A stretch of DNA of 64,000 nt from Blepharisma stoltei ATCC 30299 (lineage: Eukaryota; Protista; Ciliophora): the NCBI GenBank assembly GCA_965603825.1, contig CBFDEM010000057.1:248001-312000 (forward strand), in the 5' to 3' direction. Made by a program: the position numbers and the translations under genes. The first letter of the stretch is position 1. Each line of letters starts with the position of its first letter. The notes under the pieces were generated by a model, which worked only from the letters and a program-made list of their open reading frames with translations, made no database searches and was not told the DNA's origin. This document shows positions 46,601 through 58,377 of this stretch, in pieces.

Positions 46601-46790
46601 GGTCTTCTCTGGATCCATCATGAGACCAATAGCTATAGTCAAAAAAGAATTCTCTGCTTGTGCCTTGCTCTCTATTCCAAACTTTGGTCATGTTGCCTTT
46701 CATGTCAACACAAAGTTCAGCGCCTTCTTCACGCTCACGGTTATTGAAAGGTCGGACTCTGACTGCAACTTTTACAGCGGAAGCTGCCAT
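43620..46790 (-). CDS. Kinesin-3 family motor (KIF28/KLP-6-like: motor, FHA, coiled coil, C2-like tail), C-terminal CaaX
   Basis: VAVRVRP, FFDYSYWSHDG, GQTGSGKS, SSRAH, LVDLAGSE, PHLSNLNEDPLLSG (FHA), ends GSCACLIF. Confidence 0.93.
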   Translation of the reverse strand: MAASAVKVAVRVRPFNNREREEGAELCVDMKGNMTKVWNREQGTSREFFFDYSYWSHDGSREDPETGVLTKDGPGSRYADQQMVFNDIGIGVLDNAWEGYHCCLFAYGQTGSGKSYSMVGYGNNKGIIPIACEEIFRRINDRASPYIECKVAASMLEIYNEQVQDLLQPPQNRVKGGLKIREDPKRGVFVEDQTEEVCTSYEEISAVLDKGNKSRTVAATQMNATSSRAHTVLTISFTQIFYDEETGKPLNRKQSNINLVDLAGSERASKTGATGDRLQEGSNINKSLSTLGKVITSLAKRSSGQLGKGEVIPYRESKLTRILQNALGGNSMTTMIAAISPATFNYDETMSTLRYADAVKSIKNAAVINETPQEKLIRELKEENERLKAMIEGKYVQASPGAEVIRMDEETKKEYEKQIEELRKAKEEAEKTWQDRLRDHGSKPHIVAPVQQEPEKITKPHLSNLNEDPLLSGYIKHQFKPGRNVIGKKNPSSPPGIIIEGLGVGIDHCVVIYENDEYKIIPSQDPNLKTMLNGKILTEETVLNHQDRIRFGNHNYFLFIDPEELGGAPFDWEKAVNEANEEQVKVLLGHQDEEIKAKEEEMRKKLEAEWEEARKKMDEERMQLEKLIKSKKNEDSATQKALADKEAELKARQRAMEEEIREKEIKMKQHEEERNALERLKKMLTNAIQQINEANERAVVLGKNALFQPELYREADPGRTGVGTGLTSTKVRIRVTYPGLSDDFQIKWPLEKLEARLVDMQEICNQLSLGADPSEIDIGYDPFSDKLDSLGDTYRLIGYAYVYLDVIYHLLSLDEDFIPIIDDRGSRRGSLRVAVEPGLEGASPSDFDNLKELAGKQLNLAVSISEAVDVPDAFSTGIFCKYRLDMVSEEEFSTEKCMETTTNPHFNYLKTHNIDLTTEIAEKFLNHALAIAVYGDITQEMKQRELNKLKANVNKAIVKTGINLNPGMANLDIEEELGAELFDPKSPQGFSKMASSPGKSSALQEELMRKEEEIRALKAELAKRSGGEVIIVNQADNTPAVKVQTVKRGSCACLIF

Positions 46791-46894
46791 GTTTTAAAGT
46801 ATAGAGGAATTGAGTTATTTTGAACTAAAAGGTTTCACTTTTGGTATCTTTATTTTTAGGAGTCATATATTGTAATTAAATTACCTCTAAAATA

Positions 46895-47698
46895 ATGGAG
46901 AGAGTAAATTCAGTTGACTGTGAAACAAAGCTGGAGCTGGCCCAAGCAGCTAATGAATGCCCTTTAAATAGTCAAGAAATCCCTCCTGTAAGCGATGCTG
47001 AACATTCAGTGAAGCACTGCTATTGCCACCACTGCACTTGTGGATTCCATCAATGTCCAGCTGATCTTATCAGCAAAAGACCATCAGCAAGAGATGCTTG
47101 GATTTCTCGGTATCGAAAAGAATTCACCAAGCCAAAATCTCCATCATCAATAAGCCCAGGAAGCTGAAAGAAAATAGCAAAAAGCTATGTGCCTAAGTTT
47201 GACGGTCTAACTACACAAAAGGCTGATTATATTAATTACGGTAGTTATGAACCTGCAAAAACTGAAAGGATTATCAGAGAGCCTCAGAATTTAAAGACCT
47301 TATCAATGTCTTCTTATAAGAGTGAATACATTGATTGAAAAAGCGGAGACCCTGTTCATGTAAAAGTATCTCCACTTCCTTATCGAGGAGACATGGTAAA
47401 GTGAAATCACAATTCAGTTTACCGTGAAAATTATAGGCTAAACTCAGGCCATATAAAAAATATAATAGCTCGCTCAACAACCCCTCCTCCTTTCCCATCA
47501 ATCTTTAAAGAAGAGCCTCAGTCAATTCAAAAGACGAGCTACACGAATAGATCATCACAGTCTTCCATCTTAAACAAGATTATAGAGAGACCCAAAGAAA
47601 GAACCAGCACAACCCCAACCCCTGGCAATCACTTTTCTACTATTTACAGATCTTCATACAAAGAAAGCAAATTTTTGCCTTTAACTCGTCTTAGATAA
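46895..47698 (+). CDS. SAXO/STOP-like microtubule inner protein (267 aa)
   Basis: N-terminal CYCHHCTCGFHQCP and repeated Mn-like motifs SRYRKEF, TTQKADY, SSYKSEY, SVYRENY, TIYRSSY. Three TGA=W; TAA at 47698. Confidence 0.7.
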
Positions 47699-47719
47699 AT
47701 TGTAATACAATAATATAAA

Positions 47720-48194
47720 ATGGATTACGAAGCTCTCAAGGCACATCAAGTAGCTCCACCGAAGCAGGACTTTATGATAAGGATTCTTAGCTTTATTTGT
47801 GGATTTGGAATGCTAGGGCTATGCGCTTATAACTTTTGGTTTTTCAAGGTTCGGGTCCCTATTGATATTTTTCTACCAGTTTATTACGGGTATCTGATAA
47901 TTTAGATTATTTGGACTTATGATGATGGCTGCTGAAATCAGGTCTAAGTGCATAGAAACTTATGCAAGATTTTTATGTGAAACTTTTGGGAAAGGAATGT
48001 TCTTTGTATTGTAAGGAATGATATAGAGCGCTGGGACGTTGTGTATAAGGTCAACTTTCATGTAAATTATATGCAGAGGGCAATACGGAATGGCAGCATT
48101 ATGCATAGGTATTGGGATCTTTATTTTGTGCTGTAGGCCAGTAAAGCAAAATACAACGGCATCTGATCCCCCTGAATCACAATTTCTTGCTTAA
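47720..48194 (+). CDS. COPI-associated/Tvp15-like small membrane protein (141 aa), three introns
   Basis: Spliced product: ...PVYYGLFGLMMMAAE...ARFLCETFGKGMFFVFAGTLC...GIGIFILCC...; TAA at 48194. Confidence 0.75.
47890..47905 (+). other. 16-nt intron (GTATCTGATAATTTAG)
   Basis: GT-AG. Removes a TAG and restores YYGLFG. Confidence 0.85.
48011..48028 (+). other. 18-nt intron (GTAAGGAATGATATAGAG); competing AG at +16
   Basis: An in-frame TAA requires splicing. Only a length divisible by 3 gives the FAGTLC continuation. Confidence 0.55.
48062..48076 (+). other. 15-nt intron (GTAAATTATATGCAG)
   Basis: GT-AG. Removes an in-frame TAA. Confidence 0.85.
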
Positions 48195-48837
48195 AATTAG
48201 ATAACTTTAATAGACTAATATCTAGAAATCGGATAGATCCTTTTTATTTTTGAAAACTAAGAGCAATTCTATATAAGAAAAAGGGAACTGACATTTAGCA
48301 TTAAAATTACAATTTTTCTCATATCGGACGTTAGCATTGCATATTTTTACTATCTTTATTTAATTAAAAATATTTTGCCACTTTTTTTGTTTTACCGATG
48401 AAGAAATATATATGGCATTTTTCCATAACTTAATAAAATGACATTGAAAATCGCAAATTTATAATTTTCAGATAGAAAATAAATTTTTATACCAAACTAA
48501 AGGCTGAATAATAGCGTAATTTCGCTTAAAATTCGAAATGAATTATTATATAAAAAATGATCAAAATTCAGCAAAATCAATGCTTATATAGATACAAATG
48601 AATTCTAGCATTGAGCTCAACATCTATACTATATACCAAAGCCAAGAAAAAAATTGTAATATTTCATTATAATTTAAAAAAATTTTGAATTACTGCTTAT
48701 TGAAGGAGGTTTCAAAATGGTAATAAAAATTTTTATCTTTCCATACAAAAACTAAATTCTGAGATCATATAATTTTCATAATTAATTAAAAAATCATTCA
48801 GAATTCTCCATGTTTATCCATTATATAATAAAAATAA

Positions 48838-49584
48838 ATGTCCAGCATACAATCAAAATCAGCAAAAGTATCAAGTTTAAATTCCACCCCAAGTCATAAG
48901 ATCATTCCTACAGCTGATGATTTAATTCTATCTATTTCATCAGCTATTTGCTCAACGATCAGGGAATCCAACTCAAAGTTGAAAGAAAATCCCTTTTTCA
49001 CTGACTTACAGTTCAGTGAATATTTTTTTAACTTCGAAAATTACAAAGATTTTAGCAAACAAAAGAACGAAACAAGGCTAGAAAAGGTATTTAGCCTTTT
49101 TCAAAGCCTACATAAAGCTTTAAAGATTAGCCATGAGTGTTTCATATTGATCATGATATACATAAAAAAATTTTTGTCATATACCGAGATTCCACTGCTA
49201 AATGACAATTGGGAAAATATTGCTTTGATGTCGACACTAATATCTCAAAGAGTGTCGGACAACAACTTCATGTGCGCATCGATATTCGTAGAGTATTTTC
49301 CTCAACTTTCCTTGAGAGAAATTGAATTTATGGAAATAGAATTCCTAAATAGAATTGACTACAATTATAAGATTGAAAAAAAAGAGTACTTGGAAATGAT
49401 AACGTTCCTTCAAGATGCTTATAAATCATACATGACTTTTTCATGGGAAATTGACGTTGAAAAAGTTGATGACATCTTAAAAAGATCGCAGTGACTTTCT
49501 ATACCTGAAGAAGATAGCAACTCGAACTTTATTTGCAAATCAGATGCAATGTCATTTATCGACTTAGAAGAAATGGAGTTATAA
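48838..49584 (+). CDS. Divergent cyclin (cyclin-Y/PHO80-like cyclin box)
   Basis: ISHECFILIMIYIKK, NWENIALMSTLISQRVSDN, IEFMEIEFLNRIDYNYKI..EY. TGA 49492 read through to TAA 49584. Confidence 0.75.
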
Positions 49585-50298
49585 GATACACTATGGGATA
49601 AATTATACATTAATACAGTACTTTTTCTATAAATATGCATTTTCTTTTCATCTTAATTTCAAAAATTCCTTAATCAGAATAATATAAAAAATCAAAATGA
49701 AATGAAATGTTCATTAGGATATTGATAATTCTTAATAATTGTCAATTTTTAAAATGCCAATGACTTGATTTACCTTAGATTACAATTTAAAATATTTTTG
49801 GCTGATCACTAAATTTTAGATTTTTATACGGTATTAATATTTGTGTTTTTAAATATCTACATAGATTTTTGCGGCCTTTGACCTCATAAATGTAATAATT
49901 TGCATAATCTGCCAATATGCCTGCTATCCTCCATAGAATGAAATACAATTTTACTTGTTCTGGCAGCAAAGTTCAAATTTGATACAAATTAAATATCAAA
50001 ATTCAAAAATCCATTTAAAAACTTATATTATTGTCTGAATACCTGGCTTATACCCTACAATGTTGGCTACACTTAAAGTTCATTTCATTCTCTGTAAATA
50101 GTGTTATCTTAAACTAAAATTTAAATTAAAATAAATCTGATATCAAAATTAACTGAGACTTTAAAATTATCATTGATTCCCACACCTCTAATTTAAATTG
50201 AATTAAACAATCTCGAATTTATCTTTGACTTCAATTTTTGTGATAGTTTTCCTTTTATTTCTGTATGTGAAACTGTTCTCCTGACCACGGATAATAAA

Positions 50299-53200
50299 AT
50301 GGACTTATCCTTAAAAATTTTTTTCATCACAAACCTCTACTTAGTTTCCTGTCTTGACCCATCAACTGTTGCTATGGCAATTAACTTCGGTACAAGCAAT
50401 TCATATACATCAACTTTTGGGTTTGTTTATTCTCCAGACACCTCTATTACTTCGACAGCTCAATATGCTGAAACAACAGCAAAATCTATAGGAAGAACAC
50501 AAAATCCAACTATATATCAAACTGCCACGTCAAGTACTGAAGGCCCATCCTGAGGAGTTCAATTTACCATTTCAAATGATGGGACTTACGTTTTGATTCT
50601 TCAATTCGCAGAAATAATTTATACAGAATCGAATAAAAGAGTATTTTCAGTAGGATTAGGAACAAATTACATTGCAAAAGCAGACTTAGATTTATATTTA
50701 GAAGCAGGAGCTTTTAATGCTTATGATATGTTTATCCAATTTGACGTCATTGGTGGAGCTGCATATATAAATGGCAGCCCTATAATGGATCCTTACGAAA
50801 GTTTCACGATTTACTTTGTTAACTCAGGTATAGGAAATCCATCAATTTCAGCATTCATTTTGATCAAGGGAGATTGCACTGTTGCTGATAATTGCAATAT
50901 GTGCTATGACAAAAATTGCGCTGATTGTGATAAATCTACAGCTACGTGTAAAGCCTGCATTTCAAACATGACGCTTATCAATGGAAAATGCCAGTGCCCA
51001 TCAAATAAATATTATAATTCTGTATCCAAATCATGCGAAATTTGTGATAATTTATGCGAATATTGTGAAGGCTCAACAAAATTTTTATGTGACTCTTGCA
51101 ATCCGCTATACTACCGAGTTTCCAACATGTGTTTAAGGAACTGCCCATACGGATTTTCAAAGGGATGCTATGAATCTACTTCTATTTCAATAAATACACA
51201 TTTTGATGGAGATTTTATAGGAACTTATAATGGGATATTTCGGACAGGATCAAGCGAAAATAGCTATTACTTTTTCAATTCCCCAGAAGCCACAGACCCA
51301 ATTCCGGCCAAAAATAGAGGGCTTTATTTTTCTGGAGAAAGCTATTTAGAATCATATTTCGACATTTATTTTTCATTTAATTTTTCTGTGGGATTTTGGG
51401 TATGACTAGCACCTATTTCAAAATCCGTAGTCTTTATGAAGCATGGCAAAGATAATAAACTCAGAATTTTGAGAAATGGAATGATAGTAATATATTTAGA
51501 AAATGAATTAGAGCAAACCACTTTTGTTTCACTGAGTAATACGAACCCAAAAAATGAAGAATGGGTTTATCTTTCTTATACAGTTTCTTATTCATCTAAA
51601 GCAACTACTATCAGCTCATATTTAAATAATGCTGTCAAATTAAGTGCATCAAAAGATGGATATATTTATAGGGATGCTTCTACAGACAACACAATTATCT
51701 TAGGTAAATCTGTTAGTTCAAACCTTGACGGCTTCATTTATGCCTTCTATCTTTGGAACACTGCAGTGAATGATTTCAGTGAGGTTTATTCGAACGACTT
51801 GTGCGGAAATGGAAAAATAGCGAACTGTCTTTGGTCCTGCAATTTGGGAGAGTGAATAGATAATGGTGTTAAAGCTTCTTGTGACACTTCATGCTCTAAT
51901 GGATGCACAAGGAAGGAGTCTTGCAGTATTTGTTATGATCCTTTGTGCAAGGTTTGCAGAAGCTTTGGTGAAGATTCGTGTGATGAATGCATAACAAATG
52001 CTTCAGGCTCTCCATGCAGTTGCGATTATAGTTATACAGTTTCTGAGACTGGCTTTGAATGCGTCAGCTGCTCATATGGCTGCGCATCATGTGCTAGCGT
52101 TAATCCTTATGACTGCTTTTCATGCATATCTGGGTATTTTCTATTTGAAACTTGGTGTCTAATTGATAACCCTTATAATTATACACAAAATTCATGTATT
52201 GTAAGCTACGAGTTTACTAAAATTTCAAATGTCCAATATGATTCTGTGAATTCTTATCCAATCTATATGGGAAATTCTGATTCTTTCTATCCTGACTACG
52301 ATTCAAAAGATCCTTGGATTTTACCCTATCGAGGTTTGTATTTTGGTGGTTACTCAGTAGCGTCGCTTCCTCAAAAAAATGATACCTCAAATGGGATTTT
52401 GCTTGGTTTGAACCACACAATAGATATATGATTGATGATTTCTCAGGATAACTATGATGGGGTTGCATTTTCTGTTTACACAGATTACTCTTATCTGATA
52501 ATGATTAGTGCAGTGCAGAGTGACCCATCTTCTTATAAATATGAAATTTACTATAATTTAACAAATATTGATGGGCAATCAACGAGTTTGTTTTTCTTGC
52601 CGAGTCAATTATACTCTTTCAATACCTGGCAAAGAGTTATCTTGTCATATTTTTATGAGTCAGGCTCAAATGTAAAATTATTTGTAAATGACCAAATGGT
52701 CGAATCTCAAATATATGCAGACTATTTTTATAATGAGAATTATAATTATAAAGTTGATTTAGGGAATTGAGATTTTAAAAGGAAATTTGTTGGATATGTG
52801 TATTCTTTAAAAATATATAATTATGCATTTGAATCTGTCAAGCCATGGTCGACTTCATCATGCGGATACCCATACTGTACTGAGAACAATGAAGCCTTAA
52901 TAAACTGCAAACCTTTGGAATTTTATGATATTTCTTCAAAATCTTGTAGTTATTGTAGCAGCTACTGCTTATTTGGATGTGCAAGAGGAAGTGATATTTG
53001 CAATCTTCATCAAAATCCGCTTTGTCAATCTTATGAAAATTTGAAATTCAATATCTGTGAAACATGCAAATCAAATGCGAATAACATCCCCCCTTGTAAT
53101 TGTGCTAAAAATTTGATATACGATACTGTATCAGAAACTTGCAAGTGCAGCGATGGCTCTCAGCCGGTTAATGATCAATGCTCTTCTTGCATTAGATATC

Positions 53201-56200
53201 TTCAGTCTCATGAAATAAATGGATATTTTACGTCAACATTTCTAAGATTAATTTTTGAGTTTTCAATCGCTGTTGATATATCTGGATTGAAATGTTCAAA
53301 TATTTTTCCTATAACTATATTAGCTAAATTTGGATTAGACTATTCCTGCAGTCTTGGCTCTGATAAAATTACTGTTGAGCTTGGAAAGGATTTTGCTATA
53401 AGAGACGAATCAGTATCTCTTATAAAGGGTTCGCTAAAAAGTGGAAACGAATGCGGATACACTGCAAATGATATAAGTGTATCACTGCAGTATTCTGCTT
53501 CTCCTCCATTTCCTCTTTCTATAATAGATGCTCCTAATACAGTATTATACAACTGCCAAGATTTGTTAATTTCAGGCCAAAAGTCAACAGGAAATCTTAA
53601 CTCTGCATTCGAATACAAATGAACACTCTCATCAAATCCGCCTTTGCAAACCCTATTACAGTTCAATACTGACTTTCAAACGCAAATTTCTTATTTTTTT
53701 ATTCCGAGAAGTGATTTATCAACAGCAAACATCACAGTGACTCTCACAGTAAGAAATATTTTGGGTAGTGTAGGCAAAAATTCAATTGTCATTCAATCAA
53801 TTCCAAATGGAATCTCAGTAAATTTTGACAGAACAGTCAGCTATGAAATAATGGCTACCCAAGCAAAATACTTTGCAGCTGGATCTATTTCATCATGTGA
53901 TGAAATTAGCAGGCTTTCTTTAGAATGAAAACTCATCTATGCAGTTGGTAATCTAACAACTATAAATGAGAATTCTATATGGGAAAGCCAAAAATGGCCA
54001 TCAAGCTTGTACATCCCTTCAAAAAGCATCCCATCATACACAAATGCTACATTTGCACTGCAAGCAACTAGCCTAACTTCAAACGTCAAAGGAGTTGGAA
54101 CTCTTGAGATTTCTGTATTTCCAGCATCTCCCATCATTCAGTTTTCTCGTATAGATGGAAACGCAGATATTACCAAATCATTTTCTATTGATGCAAGCTC
54201 AAGCTACGATCCTAACGAAAATAAGGCTCTTTCCTTTAGCTGAAGGTGCACTCAAAAAGATTCAGTTAATTGCTCATCATTAATTTCGAATTCCTATTCG
54301 TCAATTTTAAATATTCCTCCAAATTCTTTAGAAGACGGAGCTGATTATGATTTTTCACTATTAGCTGTAGCTGATTTTTCAAATGGGAGGCAAGGGAAAT
54401 ACTCGGTGAAAGCTGAAAAATCTATCAAAATAAGCACTGTTAATTATTATGTGCCTAATTTTAACGTCATTAATGCAATCTCTAATGATCAGTCTAGCAT
54501 TATATCTGGAAATGAAAGATTGCCACTAGCGGCTTCAATCCAAAATGAACAAAATAAGCAGTTCTTTTATCAATGAAGCTTAAAAGGAGGGGAAGCTCTT
54601 GAATTCACAACTCCTCTTGATCAATACGCTATAGCGATTTCACAGGATTCTTTAAACACTGGGATTACCTATACTCTAAATTTAGCCATTTTCGATGGCA
54701 GCCACTACTCTTCATTCTTTTACTCATTCTATACCAATTCTCCCCCACATTCAGGAACTCTAATTGTCAACCCAGGTGAGGGCGTCGAAACAGAAACCAT
54801 TTTTAAAATGGATGCTTTAGGTTGAATTGATGAAGAAAATGATTACCCATTTACCTACTCATTTGGCTATTTAACTGATAATAATTATGTTTTTATAAAC
54901 ATAAAAAACCAAAGCTCTACATATTTCACAACTTTTCCCTGTCTAAGTAGGAGCACTTTGTCTGTTTTTGTAGATGTTTATGACAGTTTAGAAGCATTTT
55001 CAAGAAAAATTGTGAATATAAAGATATCAAAAAATAAAAATCTGGATCAAAATGAGCTATACATAAGTTCCCAAAATTATATTTATTCAATAACTTCTAA
55101 CCCTCAAACGTATCCAGGAACAATTGGAGACTTGTGCAGCTCTATACTTAATCGAGATTATTATTTAAACGGGGAATTCAAAAATCCTTCTGATGATGAC
55201 AAGGTATTTTTTGATGAAGTTACCAACTCAACTCTTTATTGGACAAAAAGTTTAATTGAAAAAGGTGACTTGGATAGTCAAGCAGTTTCGAATTTTGCAA
55301 ATTTATTAACAATGATTACTTTGAATCCATATTTAGCAAGCAGTGATGTTGAAGAGAAAGTCTGTGAGATGATAAATACTATAACAGAAAACATCCCAGA
55401 AACCCAAATATTGCTAAATGAACAAATCGATGGCTATTTTACAGCTATTGACCAATCTTACCAGTATAATGCTACTAGCCTAGTTAATAAGACAAATGAT
55501 CTTAGTATTGGAGTTGACGCCATGAACAGTGTTAGTAAACTTATCCTTTCACAAATGGTTATTAATGAAAACCAATTTATCATAACTGATAATTTGGATA
55601 CTACTCTCACAGTAATGGAAAGCAAAGACCTAAATGATTTTCAGTTATATTCGAATTCGAAAACAGCCTCAGTAGTCTTGCCTTCTGATTTTTCTTCAAT
55701 ATTAGAGAGTTATACACTAAAAACTGAAGTTGGAATTTCAATGACCCTCCTAAAATCCCCAAGCAATGCAGACAGTTTATCATCTTCTGTAGTTGATTTC
55801 TCAATCTATGAGCGCCAGTCAAATAAAAAAATTGAAATAAATATGACTTCTTCATATGTCTTAATAGAAATTCCTGTCTGGAACTTGAAATCATCAAAAT
55901 TCGTCCCTGAGTGCGCTTATTTAAACACTAAAAATAATACCTGAAGTACTCTAGGATGTAAAAAATGGCAAATAAAGCCAACTAGCATTATATGTAACTG
56001 TACCCATTTCACTACTTTTGCAGCTATAGACTCTGCAGCCTCAACATTGGTAAACTCAAACATTGGTGACACTATAAATGTATCTGCGTGAACTAGTTTA
56101 AATGAGTCAAATGCTATTGGCTTATATTTTGGAATAATCACTTTTATAGTTTATATAATTTTGGCTATCATTACTTATAAAAAAGATAAAAGAGAAGAGA

Positions 56201-57426
56201 AATTGGAAGAAGAGGCGAGGAAAAAGATGAAAGGAATACCTAAAAAAGTAGAAAAAATTATCAGCGAATTCAATGATTTATCAGAAATTGAGAATAAGCC
56301 TGAAAAAATGATGGAAAATGCTCATTTAGAAACAAATAAGAAGTCTTTCATTTGCTTCTGTAAGAAGAAAAAGAAACTTGAAGATTGCAATGCTGACTCT
56401 AGAGCTAAGGGATCAAAAAAATCATGTTGGCCATTCTGTAAAAAGAGAAACCAAGCTAAAAGAAACCAGGATAGTGAAATTATGAAATCTTATCAGGAAG
56501 TAATAAAGCTTTCAGAAAAAGCTAGCTTTTGGAAATGCTGTAAAAAAACACAAAAAAATAAAAATAATATAGATCAAAGTGAGGCATATTGCAGCCCTGA
56601 CGAAGTCTATGTTTATAGTTTTACTGACGGAACAAATTCTGAGAGCACTGAAACTGAAGAAACTAAAGAAACTAAAATGGGAAAGTGGTTGGGCATCATC
56701 TCAGAAAAGCATGAGCTCTTTAATATTCTTTTCACAAAAGTTCCTCAGCACCCAAGTCTTTGCAGAATAACTCTATATTTTTTAGTTTTGATAGGTCAGA
56801 TGTTTTTTATTGGTATGTTCTACGAAACAACTTCCACATCAACTGAAACAGTCATAACAAACTCAACAAATTCCACATCTTCTGACTACAGCTCAGAAGG
56901 CTTTTCAATCGATTACAGCTGGCATGACTTTTGGATTATGGTTTGATCCTCTTTATTGATGATAATCGTAACTTCAACTCTCAGCAAACTCTTTACTGAG
57001 CAAGAGATCACTGATCAAATGACAGGACTGCAATATATAAAAATTAAGAGGCAAAACAAAATAAAAAGATGGATAGGATTATTTTTAGCGTGGGGTATTA
57101 TGTTCTATTTCTTGTGAAGTATTGCTTTATATTCTATTCAGTTTGATGAGGATATTAGTAGAGTTTGGGTTCTTAATACAGGTATAGGCTATACGGTTAA
57201 TATTTTGTTTACGTCTGTGATTAAGATAGCAATTACTGCATATATAACTATGAAATTATTAGATCTTATTGAAAAATATAAAAAGAAAAAAACTAAGGAA
57301 AACAATGAAGCTGAGATTCATATAACAGATTTCCAGCAGCCTACAACTGAAACTAGAACTTCTACTGAAAAAAATTAACTAGACCTGAGCGATAAATCAT
57401 ACTCAATTTTAAATAAAAAAGATTAA
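50299..57426 (+). CDS. Giant cell-surface receptor: signal peptide - malectin - furin-like Cys repeats / two LamG(ConA)-like domains - REJ - GPS/GAIN - multi-TM (polycystin-1-like), 2375 aa
   Basis: One frame with TGA=W from ATG 50299 to TAA 57426. Malectin AINFG, LILQFAEI..KRVFSV..DLDLY..AG. REJ IDASSSYDP..SFS-W-RC and NSPPHSG..NPGEG..G-W-IDE.DYP. GPS CAYLN...T-W-STLGC...CNCTHFTTFA. TM helices follow. Confidence 0.85.
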
Positions 57427-58377
57427 AAAATTATTAAACTTTATAGATGCATTAAAACTATACAATTGCATAAATTTCTCTTTTTAAATCAAATAAAAAT
57501 GAGGTATATATTAATCAAGCAATAAAAAACTATAAATTATTATAATTTAATCCTCTAATAATATTTGAAAGCTATTTAAATACAAAAATAAAGAATTATT
57601 GTGCCTAGTTTTCATTAGGCAATTCATTTAGCATTACAGCGAGTCTTCCGACCAGCTCTTTCTTAAATTTTGTTATTTTGAAAAATTGATAGACGAGTAT
57701 ATTTAAACGTTTATATCCTCACAAAGTTCTGATTCTTGATGCTTTACTTTATAGAGATTAAAGCTCCTAAAAAACTAAAATTATGCTTTATAGCGTCTGT
57801 ATTCCAAGATTACTCACAAAAATACCATGAAAGTTGCTATAACCTCTCTATGCCTAGAGAATGAAATTTCTCTAATTCAACAGTCCTTGAAGCAAAATAC
57901 TTTCCTTATTTCCTCCCCAACTATACTTAAAAATTTGCATTCTCTCGCTTTAAGGCTGGCTTATTAATTGTCTAGCTCATCTAAATTTGAGCTTCCATCT
58001 AACAACTTCTAAGAGAATAGCTTTTTATTAAAGAGCCTGCCAAGTGAGTTCTTTTATTAGAAGAGTGTTCAATAGAAGCCAAAGTATACACCCTTTACCT
58101 TATGAGAGAGTTTTAATCATTCAGTCAATAAAAAGCTAGATAAATACTTCACTTAGTTCAATGACAAAGTATTAATTTTGCTTATAGCTGGCTTTTTAAA
58201 TTGCCTGGCTTGATAGGTAAAATAAATTAAAAATTATAAGAATAGAAATTACTTAAAGAAGAAATTATCTTTAAGTTTAGAAGTCAAATAGCCCTAAATT
58301 TCTTTTTATCTATATTTCAAAAGACAATCTTCGCTTTAATTTGAATCGCAAAGACCTTTTTTACTCATGGCTAATAA

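Noticed and set aside
49787-49969. Track ORFs 49787..49969 and 6465..6653 in intergenic DNA
   Set aside because: Non-ATG starts, AT-rich composition and no motifs.
57600-58220. Moderately GC-richer, coding-like stretch between the two receptor genes
   Set aside because: The minus-strand frame I read contains several TAA/TAG and I recognise no family; possibly a decayed gene, but unsupported.
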